Virus record (IMG/VR): IMGVR_UViG_3300018489_000004
Span: 1 to 24,910 of that record
Strand: one strand, 5' to 3'
DNA: 24,910 bases
From: a virus
Lineage: Duplodnaviria > Caudoviricetes
A program made the position numbers and the translations under genes. Under the pieces are notes generated by a model that was given only the letters and a program-made list of their open reading frames with translations, did not search any database and was not told the origin of the DNA. Positions 1 through 10,384 of this stretch are shown here, one piece after another; position 1 is the stretch's first letter; each line of letters begins with the position of its first letter.

Positions 1-94
1 AAATATACTTAAATTAAAAAATCTTCCTCTCCCCTGATGGGAAATAGAATTATTTGACAACCTTGAAAGCTTGTTGCCTAATTCGCTCATGGCT

Positions 95-352
95 TTACTC
101 CTTGTCGCTAATTATGACGCCGACGGTGATTGGTTTTCCGTCTGCGTCTTTGCCGATTGAATGCCCATGCTTGTTGGTACGACTCCACAATCCCTTTATT
201 TCATCGCAAATAGCGGAGAACTTTTCAGCGGTTCGATGGTTTTGTATTACCTGAATGGCCTGCATGAGAATTACGATAATGCCGATCAGCCACATCCAGA
301 ATTGATTCGCTGCTTGAGATGATTGAATTACCTGTGTTGCGTGCTCCATCAT
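95..352 (-). CDS. Small single-pass membrane protein, putative holin/XhlA-like lysis protein
   Basis: 85 aa with one hydrophobic segment (FWMWLIGIIVILMQAI) and a charged C-terminus. SD GGAG just upstream; last gene of the late operon. Confidence 0.4.
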   Translation of the reverse strand: MMEHATQVIQSSQAANQFWMWLIGIIVILMQAIQVIQNHRTAEKFSAICDEIKGLWSRTNKHGHSIGKDADGKPITVGVIISDKE

Positions 353-355
353 TAT

Positions 356-553
356 TTATTCTCCTTCCGTTTCAGGCGGTTCTATGCTCTCCACCACTTC
401 CCCGCCAAAGTCATTATCCGTCAGCTTTTCAATAGCAAAAGTACCATCGTAAACTGGTATCGGTGGGCAGACAATAATATTCCTGTCCACAAGACTTTTT
501 GTTGCTTCTCTTGCTATTTCCGCTTCTTCCCAAGTGTTAAATTTGATAAACAT
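356..553 (-). CDS. Small acidic hypothetical phage protein (possible partner/chaperone of the upstream fibre-like protein)
   Basis: 65 aa ORF preceded by AAGGAG SD (AAGGAGTAAATATG), tightly coupled to neighbours. Confidence 0.6.
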   Translation of the reverse strand: MFIKFNTWEEAEIAREATKSLVDRNIIVCPPIPVYDGTFAIEKLTDNDFGGEVVESIEPPETEGE

Positions 554-555
554 AT

Positions 556-1391
556 TTACTCCTTTGTAATGATCGCTGTAAATGAAGTTGCGTTGTAGTT
601 GAAAGTTCCTGTAACTACTGGGTCGGTGAAGTAGATTCCAGAAGATGAAGGGGTGAGGACTTGCTGAAGACTTAGAGTATCAAAGTACGCACCATCTGTA
701 GCGTTGATTGATAGAACTTGCACAAAGAAATATGTTGATGTTCCTACTGTAGTTCCATAAATATTATGTGGTTGGCCAGTTGTCCAATCAGCGGGCGCTT
801 CCCAAGAAGAAAAACCGTCAGTTGTGCCAGTCCCATTTTTTTAAACCCAACACTTACCGTTGCTTCTTCCTTTTGTTTTGCATAAGCAATGGCCTTATAC
901 AATCCATTTAGAATTGTTGTTTTAATCTCATAAGCACTTGGGTTGTTTGCTCCGTTCCTCGCTACAAGTAAACAGTTCCCTGATTGTCCACCAGCCACAG
1001 ATGACAGAGAGGCAGATGCACCCGCCGACCACCCTGTAGTATCAGTATCAAATCCTCCATTCGTCAATACCGAGGTATCCAGCGTCTCCCCCGTCCCCGC
1101 CGCACTCACCTTGAATTTAAGCGTGTTCCCCGTCGAAGAAGTGAACGTGATATAAAAGCCAATCCACTTTCGTAAATCTGAAGAGGGATTAGAGACAAAC
1201 AGATATGATGTTGCATTGCTAATATTACAGGTTAGACCGGATAGCGTGACCCCTGAACCGTACTTTATGGCCTTAATTAGTTCATTATTCTCCGATGGAA
1301 TGCCACTGCATCCCGCCAATAAATGGTAAGCAATCGTTTCAGGTTCTAGCCTGCGCCGTAGTAATGCGCTGTGAATCCTTCTTCTATTCAT
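556..1391 (-). CDS. Putative virion protein with a carbohydrate-binding (CBM4/9-like galactose-binding fold) domain; frameshifted at T7 run 836-842
   Basis: ORF 744-1391 has LTNGGFDTDTTGWS, a typical CBM start. The -1 frame after A7 reads NGTGTTDGFSSWEAPADW...GAYFDTLSLQQVLTP...TAIITKE* to a TAA at 556-558, completing the domain and abutting the next gene. One added A gives 278 aa. Confidence 0.6.
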
Positions 1392-1399
1392 CTTTCACC

Positions 1400-1729
1400 T
1401 TACGCCCAAAATTCGATTGAAATAATACACGCCACGGCAGAGATAATGCCAACAGTTGTCGCGCCGTCCAGCGTGATAATTCCGTCAGGGTTTAATATCG
1501 ACGCCGTCCCGTCTGTTACATTTGCCGAAGGAATCGAAGCCGCTCCGCCGAATTTAATCCAGAAATCAGCCGCCGCCGTAGCCTTGAACCGCGCCTTCTT
1601 TGCGCCGGTCGGAATGTTGATTGTCTGATTGGTGGACGCCACCAACACAATCGCGTATTTGTAATCTGAATAACTTTCTCCCGGCATTCCGCTGTCGTTA
1701 TTATCAACGGTTCCTCTTAGACTCTTCAT
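1400..1729 (-). CDS. Small beta-rich hypothetical virion protein
   Basis: Start reassigned to ATG 1729 behind GGAGG (GGAGGTAACTATG). 109 aa, Ala/Gly/Thr-rich beta-strand pattern ending in EFWA; first gene after the promoter. Confidence 0.55.
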   Translation of the reverse strand: MKSLRGTVDNNDSGMPGESYSDYKYAIVLVASTNQTINIPTGAKKARFKATAAADFWIKFGGAASIPSANVTDGTASILNPDGIITLDGATTVGIISAVACIISIEFWA

Positions 1730-1744
1730 AGTTACCTCCATAAT

Positions 1745-1783
1745 TTAGTATGTATTATACATGCTAACAGCTTGTAGATGCAA
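1745..1783 (-). promoter_or_regulatory. Sigma70-type promoter overlapped by 23-bp palindrome (copy 1)
   Basis: Minus strand TTGCAT (1778-1783), 18 nt, TATAAT (1754-1759). Palindrome TTAGTATG-TATTATA-CATGCTAA at 1745-1767. Confidence 0.7.
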
Positions 1784-1786
1784 GCA

Positions 1787-4700
1787 CTATTTATTTAACC
1801 TACGCGCTTCCTTCATCGTTTCCGGGCTAATTAATTTTTCTGCCCGAAGCTGATGGATAAGCCGTCCATATTCTTCAGGGGCAAGCCGGCCTTGATATTC
1901 CTTGAGAAGCGTGGCCTTTTGTAGCGTTGTTGACGCTTGGCTGATAGCATCAATCATCGGGGAATCTTCTGACTTTGATTGATACCGTTGGTATCTGGTG
2001 CGGAACTGTCTGAACGACGTTGATTCTGGTAACAGCTTTTCGTTTTTGAGGGTGCGGTATAACAGGTTAATTTCTCCGGCACGCGCCAACCCGTTTGTCT
2101 CGTTGATATGCTTTACGATCCTTCTCTTTACCTCAAGCGACCGTTTCGCCTCGTCTGACTTTACATCTGCTATTATATCGCCATAATCGTCCAATTCTCC
2201 CTTGTTAGACGATTTCAAGAACTTGCCAAGAATATTCAACGGCGGAACTCTCAACATTTTCTCAAAAGCGGTATCGGTCTGCTTATCCACTAAATCGCCG
2301 GTTGGCTTGTAGATGACCTGCCCGCCGAGTTCTTTCCATGTATTCCTTATCAAGCCTTGCGCCGCATCCCAGCCGCCTGCATTATACTCTTGGTCTGTCA
2401 GCACGGTCTTGCCGTAATAATAATCGTAAGGGTTGACGCCCAACCCGTAATATAGCGCTAGGTCAAGCCCTGCGCTCAAATACGGCGTTAGCGAGCCATA
2501 CGGGCTACTGCTTACGGTATAACTTATTGCGCCTTTTTTACCGGTAATCTCCCCGTCCATTATCTTGTTAAATACGCCTCCAATGACCTGCCCGGTATAA
2601 GACTGCGGAATAGTCAAATATCTGGCATGACCTTCTTCTGTCATGTAAAGCGGAACGACGATATAATTGTCTTCATCGTATTTATTGACTTTCGCGCAAA
2701 TTGCCGCGATACCAGCACCGAGAAGTCCATATTTAGCTGCTCTATATATCAATTTCGGGACTATATTGTATTTGAACGTTTTCCACGCATAGCTTCCGGG
2801 GTTATCTTTGAACGACTCCCATGACGACCGGAATCCCTCTTTGCCCACATTGCTGAATAGCCATAAATTGTTCGTCACGATATGCCATGCTCCGCGGCGA
2901 TATACGTCCGGCGTAGCGGCTCTCGTTCTGACTATCATCGCCGTTTCTCTTTCGGGCTTGCCTTTCTCAAGTAATGCCCGATATGCGGCTATTTTGCCAA
3001 TTCGTTCTGACATCTTGCCTGTCTTGCCGAGGGCATCCCACGCCTCAGCTAGCGGCTTGACTACTTTGTTACGGTAGCGCGCCGGCGTCTTGCCCAACGA
3101 CTGCAAGAACAGGTCAAGCTCTGTGTCTGAATCAGTATCTGCGAGAGTGTATTGCCTGTCAATGACGAGCATCTTCTTCCTCATCATCTCCAGCACTATA
3201 TCAGGTGTTACTTCGCCGAATGAATCTTCGTATGCGTCTTTAAACGACTCGATATACAGTTTCGCCAATTTTCTAGCAGTAATACCCTCAATGTTCGTGA
3301 GAGTTCCCATAAAGTCTCTTACAATATTCGCTACCATCCAGATAGGATTTCTATTTACGAGTATCGCCCTTACGGGTATCATCACTTTTTGCCACGCTTT
3401 CATCAATGTTCTTGCTTCATAAGGCTTTCGATTAAAAGTATCTGCTATATCCTTTGGCAGGTAATACCCCATCGGCTTGCCATCATACAAGAACACTACA
3501 AGCCCTTTATCGGGGTCATTTGGCTCTACCGGTTCATTGTATTTACCAACACGCCGCGTCTTGGCGAGTTCTATTTTGGCCGGGAAATGCTCTAAAAACA
3601 GTTTTACTATTGATTGTTTCGCTTTTGTTACTTCGGCAGCACGTGTCAGCGCCATGTATTTAAAGATCGTAGCGATATACGGATTGCGAATATTTGATAA
3701 AGTGCCGACCTGCTTATAGACGTGTCCCGTTACAGAAGGCCCATATTCGTGTTCAAGTTGATCGATGACCTGAAACGTTGCGTAGTATTTATTGCTTTCG
3801 ATTTTAGCCATCAGCGGCTCTGAATACATACGCGCTTCTTTTAGCTCTTTGATTGTCGGCTGCAATTCTTTCCAGAACTGTTCTGCGTATTGTTCAAGTT
3901 TCGCATACTTTTCTGCACCTAATTGTTGATGAAGGTTCTCTAACTGCCATGCCGCTGTTTCTGCTGTATGACCGCCCGGATTAGCAATTTCAGAACGTTC
4001 AGCGATTATCCGACGCATCTCTAAATATTCGCCCAAGTCATCTACGCTTAAACCGTCGGCCTCCATCGGTTTAGATATGCGCTTATTTATGCGTAGAAAT
4101 AATTCCGCGCACTCCGATGAAATATAAGGAAGCTCTTGCACCCAATATTTGGGGTTGTCAGCATCTTCATACCTTGCGCCTTTCTTTTCTGCTTCTCTAA
4201 TCTTCCGCAGGACGGCCTCGTTCTGGTCAAATAATCCACGTTCTAAATCCCTCAACAAACGGCTTGCTTTGATTTGCTCTTTTTCTTGCCATTTCTGCTT
4301 GATGTTTTCCTCTGCTTCTCTAAAGCCTTCCCTGATGGTTTTCTGCCGGTGCAATATCTTGTCAGCATCGTTCCTAATCCTGTCCTGTATCTCGTCATAG
4401 ATTCGCTTAACTTCTGGCTTCTGGTCCAGCCAGTTAAAAAACGCTTTCCAGAACGTAGGGGCTTCTTGCTTGAGCAACGCCGGGTCGTTAAACAGGACGC
4501 TAACGGCATCAGCGTAGAGTTCTGCGGACGAATATCGGTATTTAGTATATTTCGGGTCTTTCGCTTCGTTAAAAGGCTTCCATATTTGCGACACTCCCTT
4601 GAGTTCGTCCATGATGGTATCTTTGTCGAAGAGAATGCGCTTTTTAAGTTCTTCTTCCAGCAGTTCCCTGAACCTGTCTTTGACTGTCTTGCCCGGAATC

Positions 4701-7700
4701 GTCCGTTCTATCGTGCGTTCCACTCGCTCAACGCCGACCTGCTTCTTCTCGCCGAAGTCCGCGACACGCTCATCAATAATGCCCTTGAGAGCCTTTTTGA
4801 CGATTTCCGCTTTGACTCGCGCCTCTGCTCTTTGCAGATAATCCCACAATTCCGGCGCAATGCCCGGATTAGCACGCCCGCGCATCAGGTCTAATATGAG
4901 TTCAGGGTCAATGCCCTTGACTTCGTATATTGGGATTTCTTCGATGATTTTTCAATGACTACGGTGCTTGGAGTTTCCTTGAATTTCCGCGCCTCGTTCC
5001 ATAATCGTTGACGATCTTCTTTCGTAAGTTCACCCGGCGCGCCTTTGAATTCCGGCAGGACAGACTTCAGGTAGTCCGGTATGGTAGCAATACGTCCAAG
5101 AATATTCCCTTGCTTCATGCTTCTGAGCGGGAGATAATCCCATAAATGCCCTATCTCGTGCGCCAATGTTTTTGCCGCTTGTTCCGGGTCTTTGAAAACG
5201 GACAATTTCAGTTTGATTGATCCAGTGCCACGCTGGATAAATAGGCCTGTTACAGCAGGGTCTTTTGCGAGTTTTCTTGCTAATTTAATCCGCTGGCCTC
5301 TCGTTAGGCTTTTGACGATTTCCACCAATTCAGGCATTTCAACAATCGCTCGTCTTCTAGCCGCGTATGTGTCGCGCTTTCTTCTTTCATCCGCTACCGC
5401 ATCTTCTTGTTGTTGGTCAGTCGTAGTATCTTCTGTTGACTTATTTCCAGCATCTTCTTTCGCAGTCTTATTCTCGCTCTTCGCATATTGGCCTTTGTTG
5501 AATAAACTATGACTGCGCGAGTATGGTTGTTCAGATACCGGTCTATGTTTAGACCAGTCTGTTTCTGGATTTTCAAGAGTGAAGTTTTCCTCTTTGGACG
5601 TGCCTTCGATAATCGTCTGCTTCCCGGCTCTCGTGTCCTCTGTCTTAACTTCGGCTTGCTCCGCCGGCCTGTTCTTTAACACCAGAAAGCCGCCTTCGCC
5701 GTCCTCTGCGATTATTGTTGAGCCTTCGGGGATTTCGTGTTCTACAACATCCTCAATGCTATCACCATAGCGCGCGGCATCTTCTTTAGTCCTTGTTACC
5801 CATACCACATCGTCGGCAGGATATAATTCAAGAACTTTAAGCTCTTCCGGGGTGATCCCGTAGTCATTACCGAGCACATCCTGTTCGTAGCGGATAACAT
5901 CAGCCGCTGTCGTTCCCGCGTCATGCTTATAGCCGGTTTCGGCTCGATAGGCTTCCCCTGTCCATAGTTTTCCTCGATTTTGCCCTTGCGGTGATTTGGC
6001 CGTCGCTTGTGATATATCGTCCAAGAATTTGCTTAATTCATCTTTTATCGCGGCAAATTCTTCTTCGGTAATGCCTTCTTCAGCCGTAAGCGAGTCAAGA
6101 AAGCCGGTTTCAATATCCTCACGATAGTTTCCAATTTCGCCGGGGTTAATCCCTGCTTGTCCAAGGTCGGTTTTAACTTGTTCATTTGCCCTCCTTATTT
6201 CGTCCGCCATGCGGGTAATATGTTTGCTGCTGCCTATATCATAGGCGGCTCGTCTAATATCAGTCCATGCTTTTCCCTGCCGCGCTGTTAGCGGCTTTCC
6301 GTTGATGACCTTCTGGATAATCCTATCAGCTTCAACGGCAGATATTTTGTGCTTGTTGGATATATCTCTGAACCAGCTAGCATGAGACGAAAATCTGCCG
6401 TGGATAACTCCGTCCTCGTCAATATTAAGTCCGGCACTACCGCTTTTAATGATCTCCCTCATGTGAGCAAATGCTAACTCGCCTTCAAGAGTCTTATGAT
6501 AGGGAACAATATCTTCAAGATATTCTGGATAATCGTCTGCGATTTCAGGCGGGATTGGCTTGCTTTCATTGATGGCTTTTTCGAGCATCTTTCTGTGCAA
6601 TATTCTGGTCTGCTTTTCCGGGTTTTGAGGTTGATACATTTTCACCTCAAAAGTGCGCGGTTTGCCATCCCAATTCACTGTTGCTTGATAGATATATACA
6701 GGATTTCCGTCCTTATCTAAATGTTTGTCTGTTTTAATAGGCAACATATCATTGTTGACAATATCATCTATTCTAACCTGCCACGGATTAGTCAACAAAG
6801 ACTGCGGCTTAGTAGGCATTTCTGCTTCTTGTATTAGTTCTGATACTGGTGTCGGTTTTTGAGTAACACCTAGTTCTGTCTCTGCTTTTATTTCCGTTTC
6901 TGGTTTTGTTGCAACAATATCTGATTCTTGCGGTATAGGCTTCGGCGGCTCAATAACAGGTTCTAATGTTACAGTCTTGGCCTCTGCTTTTATCGGTTCA
7001 ATAGATTCCGGCTGTCGCACTTCTGTCTTTGGTTCTGGCAAAGCCTTTGTTTCCGGTTCTATTGTGACAATATCGGATTCCGGTGCTGTCTCTTGCGCTG
7101 TGCCTACATCGGCTTCCGTCTTTGCCTGTTCAGCTTTTGCCGTTTCTCTTTGTTGTTTGGCCTGCTCGACAACATCTTTCAACTCGCTGACATTCTGTTT
7201 AGCCTTGCGCAACTGCCATACAGACGGGTTTTTTATCCCGGCTTTTGCAAGTTCTTTCTCGATGACAATATCGGCAGCACGCGCTGCCTGTGAAGCCGTA
7301 AATCCCCTTGAGTTATGATTATAGATAAAGTCAGTCAATTCGTCTTTGAGTTTTTGGTAAGCCCCAGCCTTATTCATGCCAGTCTTTGTTGCGATCGCAT
7401 GAATGCCGTCGCCCAGAAGCGAAAAGCCAGCACCTATCGCCGCCGTTTGCAATATGCTGTCAAGTCTTGAATCATCTTTATCAAGCACTTCGGCAGCACC
7501 TATCGCCGCGCCGGCAAGTGCCTGATGACCTGCGCGCGTGATAACCGAGCCTTTTTCACCTGCTGCGGCTACATCACCAATGCCTTGCGCCGTTGCGGAC
7601 AGTGCTTTTCCGGCTTTAACACCGGACGCCATCTTTCCAATTGATTGTATTAATTTAGACGTCATGCTCCATGGCCCTGCCGTGCCAAGCATTTCCGGCG

Positions 7701-8028
7701 CAAGCCCGATATATTGATTGCGGGCAATATCAGGCGACACGCCGACCGCCTCAAGCTTTTCTCCCAATGTAGGCGCAACTTTCCATTGCTGTTTTGTGAA
7801 AGGAATGCCTACTGTGCCTTCTTCTGGGTTAATGCCGCCGAGTGTAACACCTTTGATTAAACCCGCGCCAGCGTGCGCCGCAACACCGCCAACGTCTTTA
7901 GCTGTTTGGCCTACGACGTCCTTGAGGAATGACGGACGACCTTCGTCCTCTATCGGTGTTAATGTAACCGTCGCCAGCGAAACATCCCGAACTTCTTCCT
8001 CGATTGGCGTTAAAACGACTTTACTCAT
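1787..8028 (-). CDS. Giant ejection/internal virion polyvalent protein (ART-like, zincin-like metallopeptidase and LPD38-like regions), split into two ORFs by a -1 frameshift at 4948-4952
   Basis: ORFs 4891-8028 and 1787-4885 join if one A is added at GAA AAA TCA. The -1 frame IIEEIPIYEVKGIDPELILDLMRGRANP is open into the second ORF, giving 2080 aa. Motifs: AHEIGH, ELYADA, AYR...VWVT..A..YG, YIVVP...LTIP. Third position in the ejection-protein cluster. Confidence 0.7.
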
Positions 8029-9098
8029 TTGACGCTAACCTTATATCGTTTACCGTTAATCAATACCTCACCGTTGACAATGGGGTATGCTTTACCGTCC
8101 ATGATTACCTTCTTGCCGTCTGCGCTTAATTGCGGACCTGCGCTTTGCTGACTTGCTGGTTTCGCAGGCTGCTGTGGCTGTTGTCCGGCTCTTTCATACT
8201 CTTCTTTTACCTTTAACAGATAATTCTGAACGGCACGCGCCGGATTTATTCCACGCGCAACTGCATCCTGCGCCTCTATTAATCCTCGGTCATATATCTT
8301 CTTTTGTTCGTCCGTTAATGCGGCGCGAATCATCCCTTCTTTAAGATTGCCATACGGATCGAAGAAATCAGCGTCCTTTGCGTTTGGATTTTGCTGCTTA
8401 TAGTTCTCAAGAGCAAGCGGTATCCATTTAGACGAGTATATATTTGTTAACTGTGTTAGCATACCTGATTTGGCTTGTTGCCCAGCTCCACTTGAATCTC
8501 CACCTTCTCCCTCTTTCCATTTCGGTCCGCCGTAACCTGGAATTGGTTGTAATGTTTTCGGGTCAACATATACTATTTTATCCCCTTTCTGCATCTCAAT
8601 CGGCTTTTGCGGTTTGGCATCGCCCAGCCTGATGATTGTCTGCTTGTAAAGGTCGCTTTCAGGGCCTTCCTGAATTGCTTGTTGTAGTGTCGGCAAATAC
8701 ACATGATAAACATACCCGTCGCCTGCTGACGTCGTTGCCCATCCGTCTTTAGTTCGCGCGTTAAACGTAACATCTTTGAACTTCTCCAAATACGGATTAC
8801 CCGACTGCGTTTCGGTCTTGAGGATTTGGGTCGCTGCGACCGGGTCTTTTCCCGACAATTTAATGACCATGTCTAATATTTGTTGAGCATAAGCTTGCTG
8901 TTGCTGATCTACTACTGCCTTGAGTCCGGCCTCTTGCTGCTTTTGCGCATAGACTTCCGCATCGCCCAGATTTTTCCCGATATAGTAAGCATATACCGGT
9001 TTTGCGAAACCGGAATGCCCATACATACTTGACAATGTCGCCGCGCTTTCTTTGTCTGGATTGTTGCCATATATTAGTTTAAGCATTGACGAGTCCAT
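8025..9098 (-). CDS. Putative ejection (DNA transfer) protein, positional equivalent of P22 gp20
   Basis: 357 aa, Gln/Ala-rich helical protein with strong SD AGGAGG, located between the gp7-like gene and the giant gene. Confidence 0.55.
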   Translation of the reverse strand: MDSSMLKLIYGNNPDKESAATLSSMYGHSGFAKPVYAYYIGKNLGDAEVYAQKQQEAGLKAVVDQQQQAYAQQILDMVIKLSGKDPVAATQILKTETQSGNPYLEKFKDVTFNARTKDGWATTSAGDGYVYHVYLPTLQQAIQEGPESDLYKQTIIRLGDAKPQKPIEMQKGDKIVYVDPKTLQPIPGYGGPKWKEGEGGDSSGAGQQAKSGMLTQLTNIYSSKWIPLALENYKQQNPNAKDADFFDPYGNLKEGMIRAALTDEQKKIYDRGLIEAQDAVARGINPARAVQNYLLKVKEEYERAGQQPQQPAKPASQQSAGPQLSADGKKVIMDGKAYPIVNGEVLINGKRYKVSVK

Positions 9099-9136
9099 TG
9101 CGATCCTCCTTTTGTCTAATTATTTAGCCTGTTGCG

Positions 9137-9907
9137 TTATTTCTTTTTGTTATAACCATACAAGAATGCAAGCCCCGAGGCTGTGTCGCTCAAATTGGTA
9201 GCCAAGTTCGCTTTCTGCTGCCATTTTAAATAACGTTGTGAATTAAGCACGTCCTGTTGTGCCTTTAGCGCGGCTGTTCCTTGCGAAGCTATCTGCGCGC
9301 CTAATTGCGCGCGGTTAATTGCCATAGCCGCGTCTGCGTTTTTGGCGTTGTTCATGGCGTTGAGAGCCTGCAACCAATAGGCTTTATCTTGCTGCGCCAA
9401 GCCTTCGCGCGCCATGATAGCCGCATTGGCAATATCCCTGTCGGCCTCCATTTTCTCTCTGTTCAAGTCAGTCATTGAGTCAACATAAGCTCGCGATCCA
9501 TATAGGCCGCGCTTTGCCATGTTTTCCTCTGTCGCAGTCTTCAATTCGTTGAATTTTGCGTCCGCCTCCTTGTGCATGGCTTCGGAGTATGCTTTAGCAT
9601 ATTCGTCATACGCTTTAATTCTATCCTCCGGCGTCTTATCCAGATTATCGAGCAACTGTTGACGTAGCTTTGCCATCTTCTCTTTTTCAGCTTTTTCTTC
9701 CGGCGTCAGATATGTGCGTGAGATATAGGCGTGCTTTTTTGCGTCCCACTCCTGCGCGCCGATAAGATTACCGTCATCATCATAGGAGTAATAACTTGCA
9801 GGTAGCCCTGCTTGAATATCCGGCGCTTGATTTGCCGCATATATTGACGCGCCTGCCGATATAACACTACCTAAGATTGTTGCTGCCGCTGTCGCTACCG
9901 TTCCCAT
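9137..9907 (-). CDS. Putative ejection (DNA transfer) protein, P22 gp7-like
   Basis: N-terminal hydrophobic Ala/Gly segment (VATAAATILGSVISAGASIYAA), helical body with RGLYGS motif; directly follows the gp14-like GNAT gene as in P22-type gene order. Confidence 0.65.
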   Translation of the reverse strand: MGTVATAAATILGSVISAGASIYAANQAPDIQAGLPASYYSYDDDGNLIGAQEWDAKKHAYISRTYLTPEEKAEKEKMAKLRQQLLDNLDKTPEDRIKAYDEYAKAYSEAMHKEADAKFNELKTATEENMAKRGLYGSRAYVDSMTDLNREKMEADRDIANAAIMAREGLAQQDKAYWLQALNAMNNAKNADAAMAINRAQLGAQIASQGTAALKAQQDVLNSQRYLKWQQKANLATNLSDTASGLAFLYGYNKKK

Positions 9908-9913
9908 ATCTTA

Positions 9914-10381
9914 TCACCTCTCGCTTTTACTGATTCCATACATAATTAAATCATGTAGTTTACCGCCCTTGAGATAACTTTTCTCATTGACGCCGAACTT
10001 AACAAAACCAAGTTTTTCAACAAATTTACACGCCCGAATATGATAATCAGGCACGTTCGTAATTATTCTACGGCATGGCGTATTACTAAACATCCAACGA
10101 ATGGCCGCCAACGTGCAATTAACGGCTTTGCCTTGATATTCCGGCAATATGTTAGCATGGCCTTCACAACACACTGCATTTATCGGATAAGCAAAATATA
10201 TTCCGGCAACGTTGCCATCTATTTCAGGAATCAACCAAAAAAATGACTCTCCCATAGGCGGCTCATAATTATCAGCGTCAGGACTTCCGTCATCCGTGAT
10301 TTTACTATAAATCTCGGGATGAGTCAGAATACTCTTAATTAAGCCAACGTCGTATGTTCTTGTTATCTTTATAATATTCAT
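9914..10381 (-). CDS. GNAT-fold protein, P22 gp14 / DUF2824-like virion assembly factor
   Basis: Motifs DVGLI..I.THPEI, EGHANILPEYQG, WMFSNT, LGFVKFG, HDLIMYG resemble gp14-type GNAT proteins as recalled; position between tail and ejection genes. Confidence 0.75.
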   Translation of the reverse strand: MNIIKITRTYDVGLIKSILTHPEIYSKITDDGSPDADNYEPPMGESFFWLIPEIDGNVAGIYFAYPINAVCCEGHANILPEYQGKAVNCTLAAIRWMFSNTPCRRIITNVPDYHIRACKFVEKLGFVKFGVNEKSYLKGGKLHDLIMYGISKSER

Positions 10382-10384
10382 ATA

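Noticed and set aside
556-760. Possible DGR variable or template region (AAC-rich stretch near a fibre-like gene end)
   Set aside because: No second near-identical copy differing at adenines and no reverse transcriptase in the window; the stretch is explained as the frameshifted C-terminus.
4885-4891. Treating 1787-4885 as an independent gene starting at MRGRANP
   Set aside because: No SD before this ATG, the frame is open upstream to the A5 run, and the putative peptidase motifs span both ORFs.
4274-4894. 206-aa plus-strand ORF and the many other plus-strand ORFs overlapping minus-strand genes
   Set aside because: All are antisense to well-supported genes and have Phe/Leu/Ser-skewed composition mirroring the sense codons.
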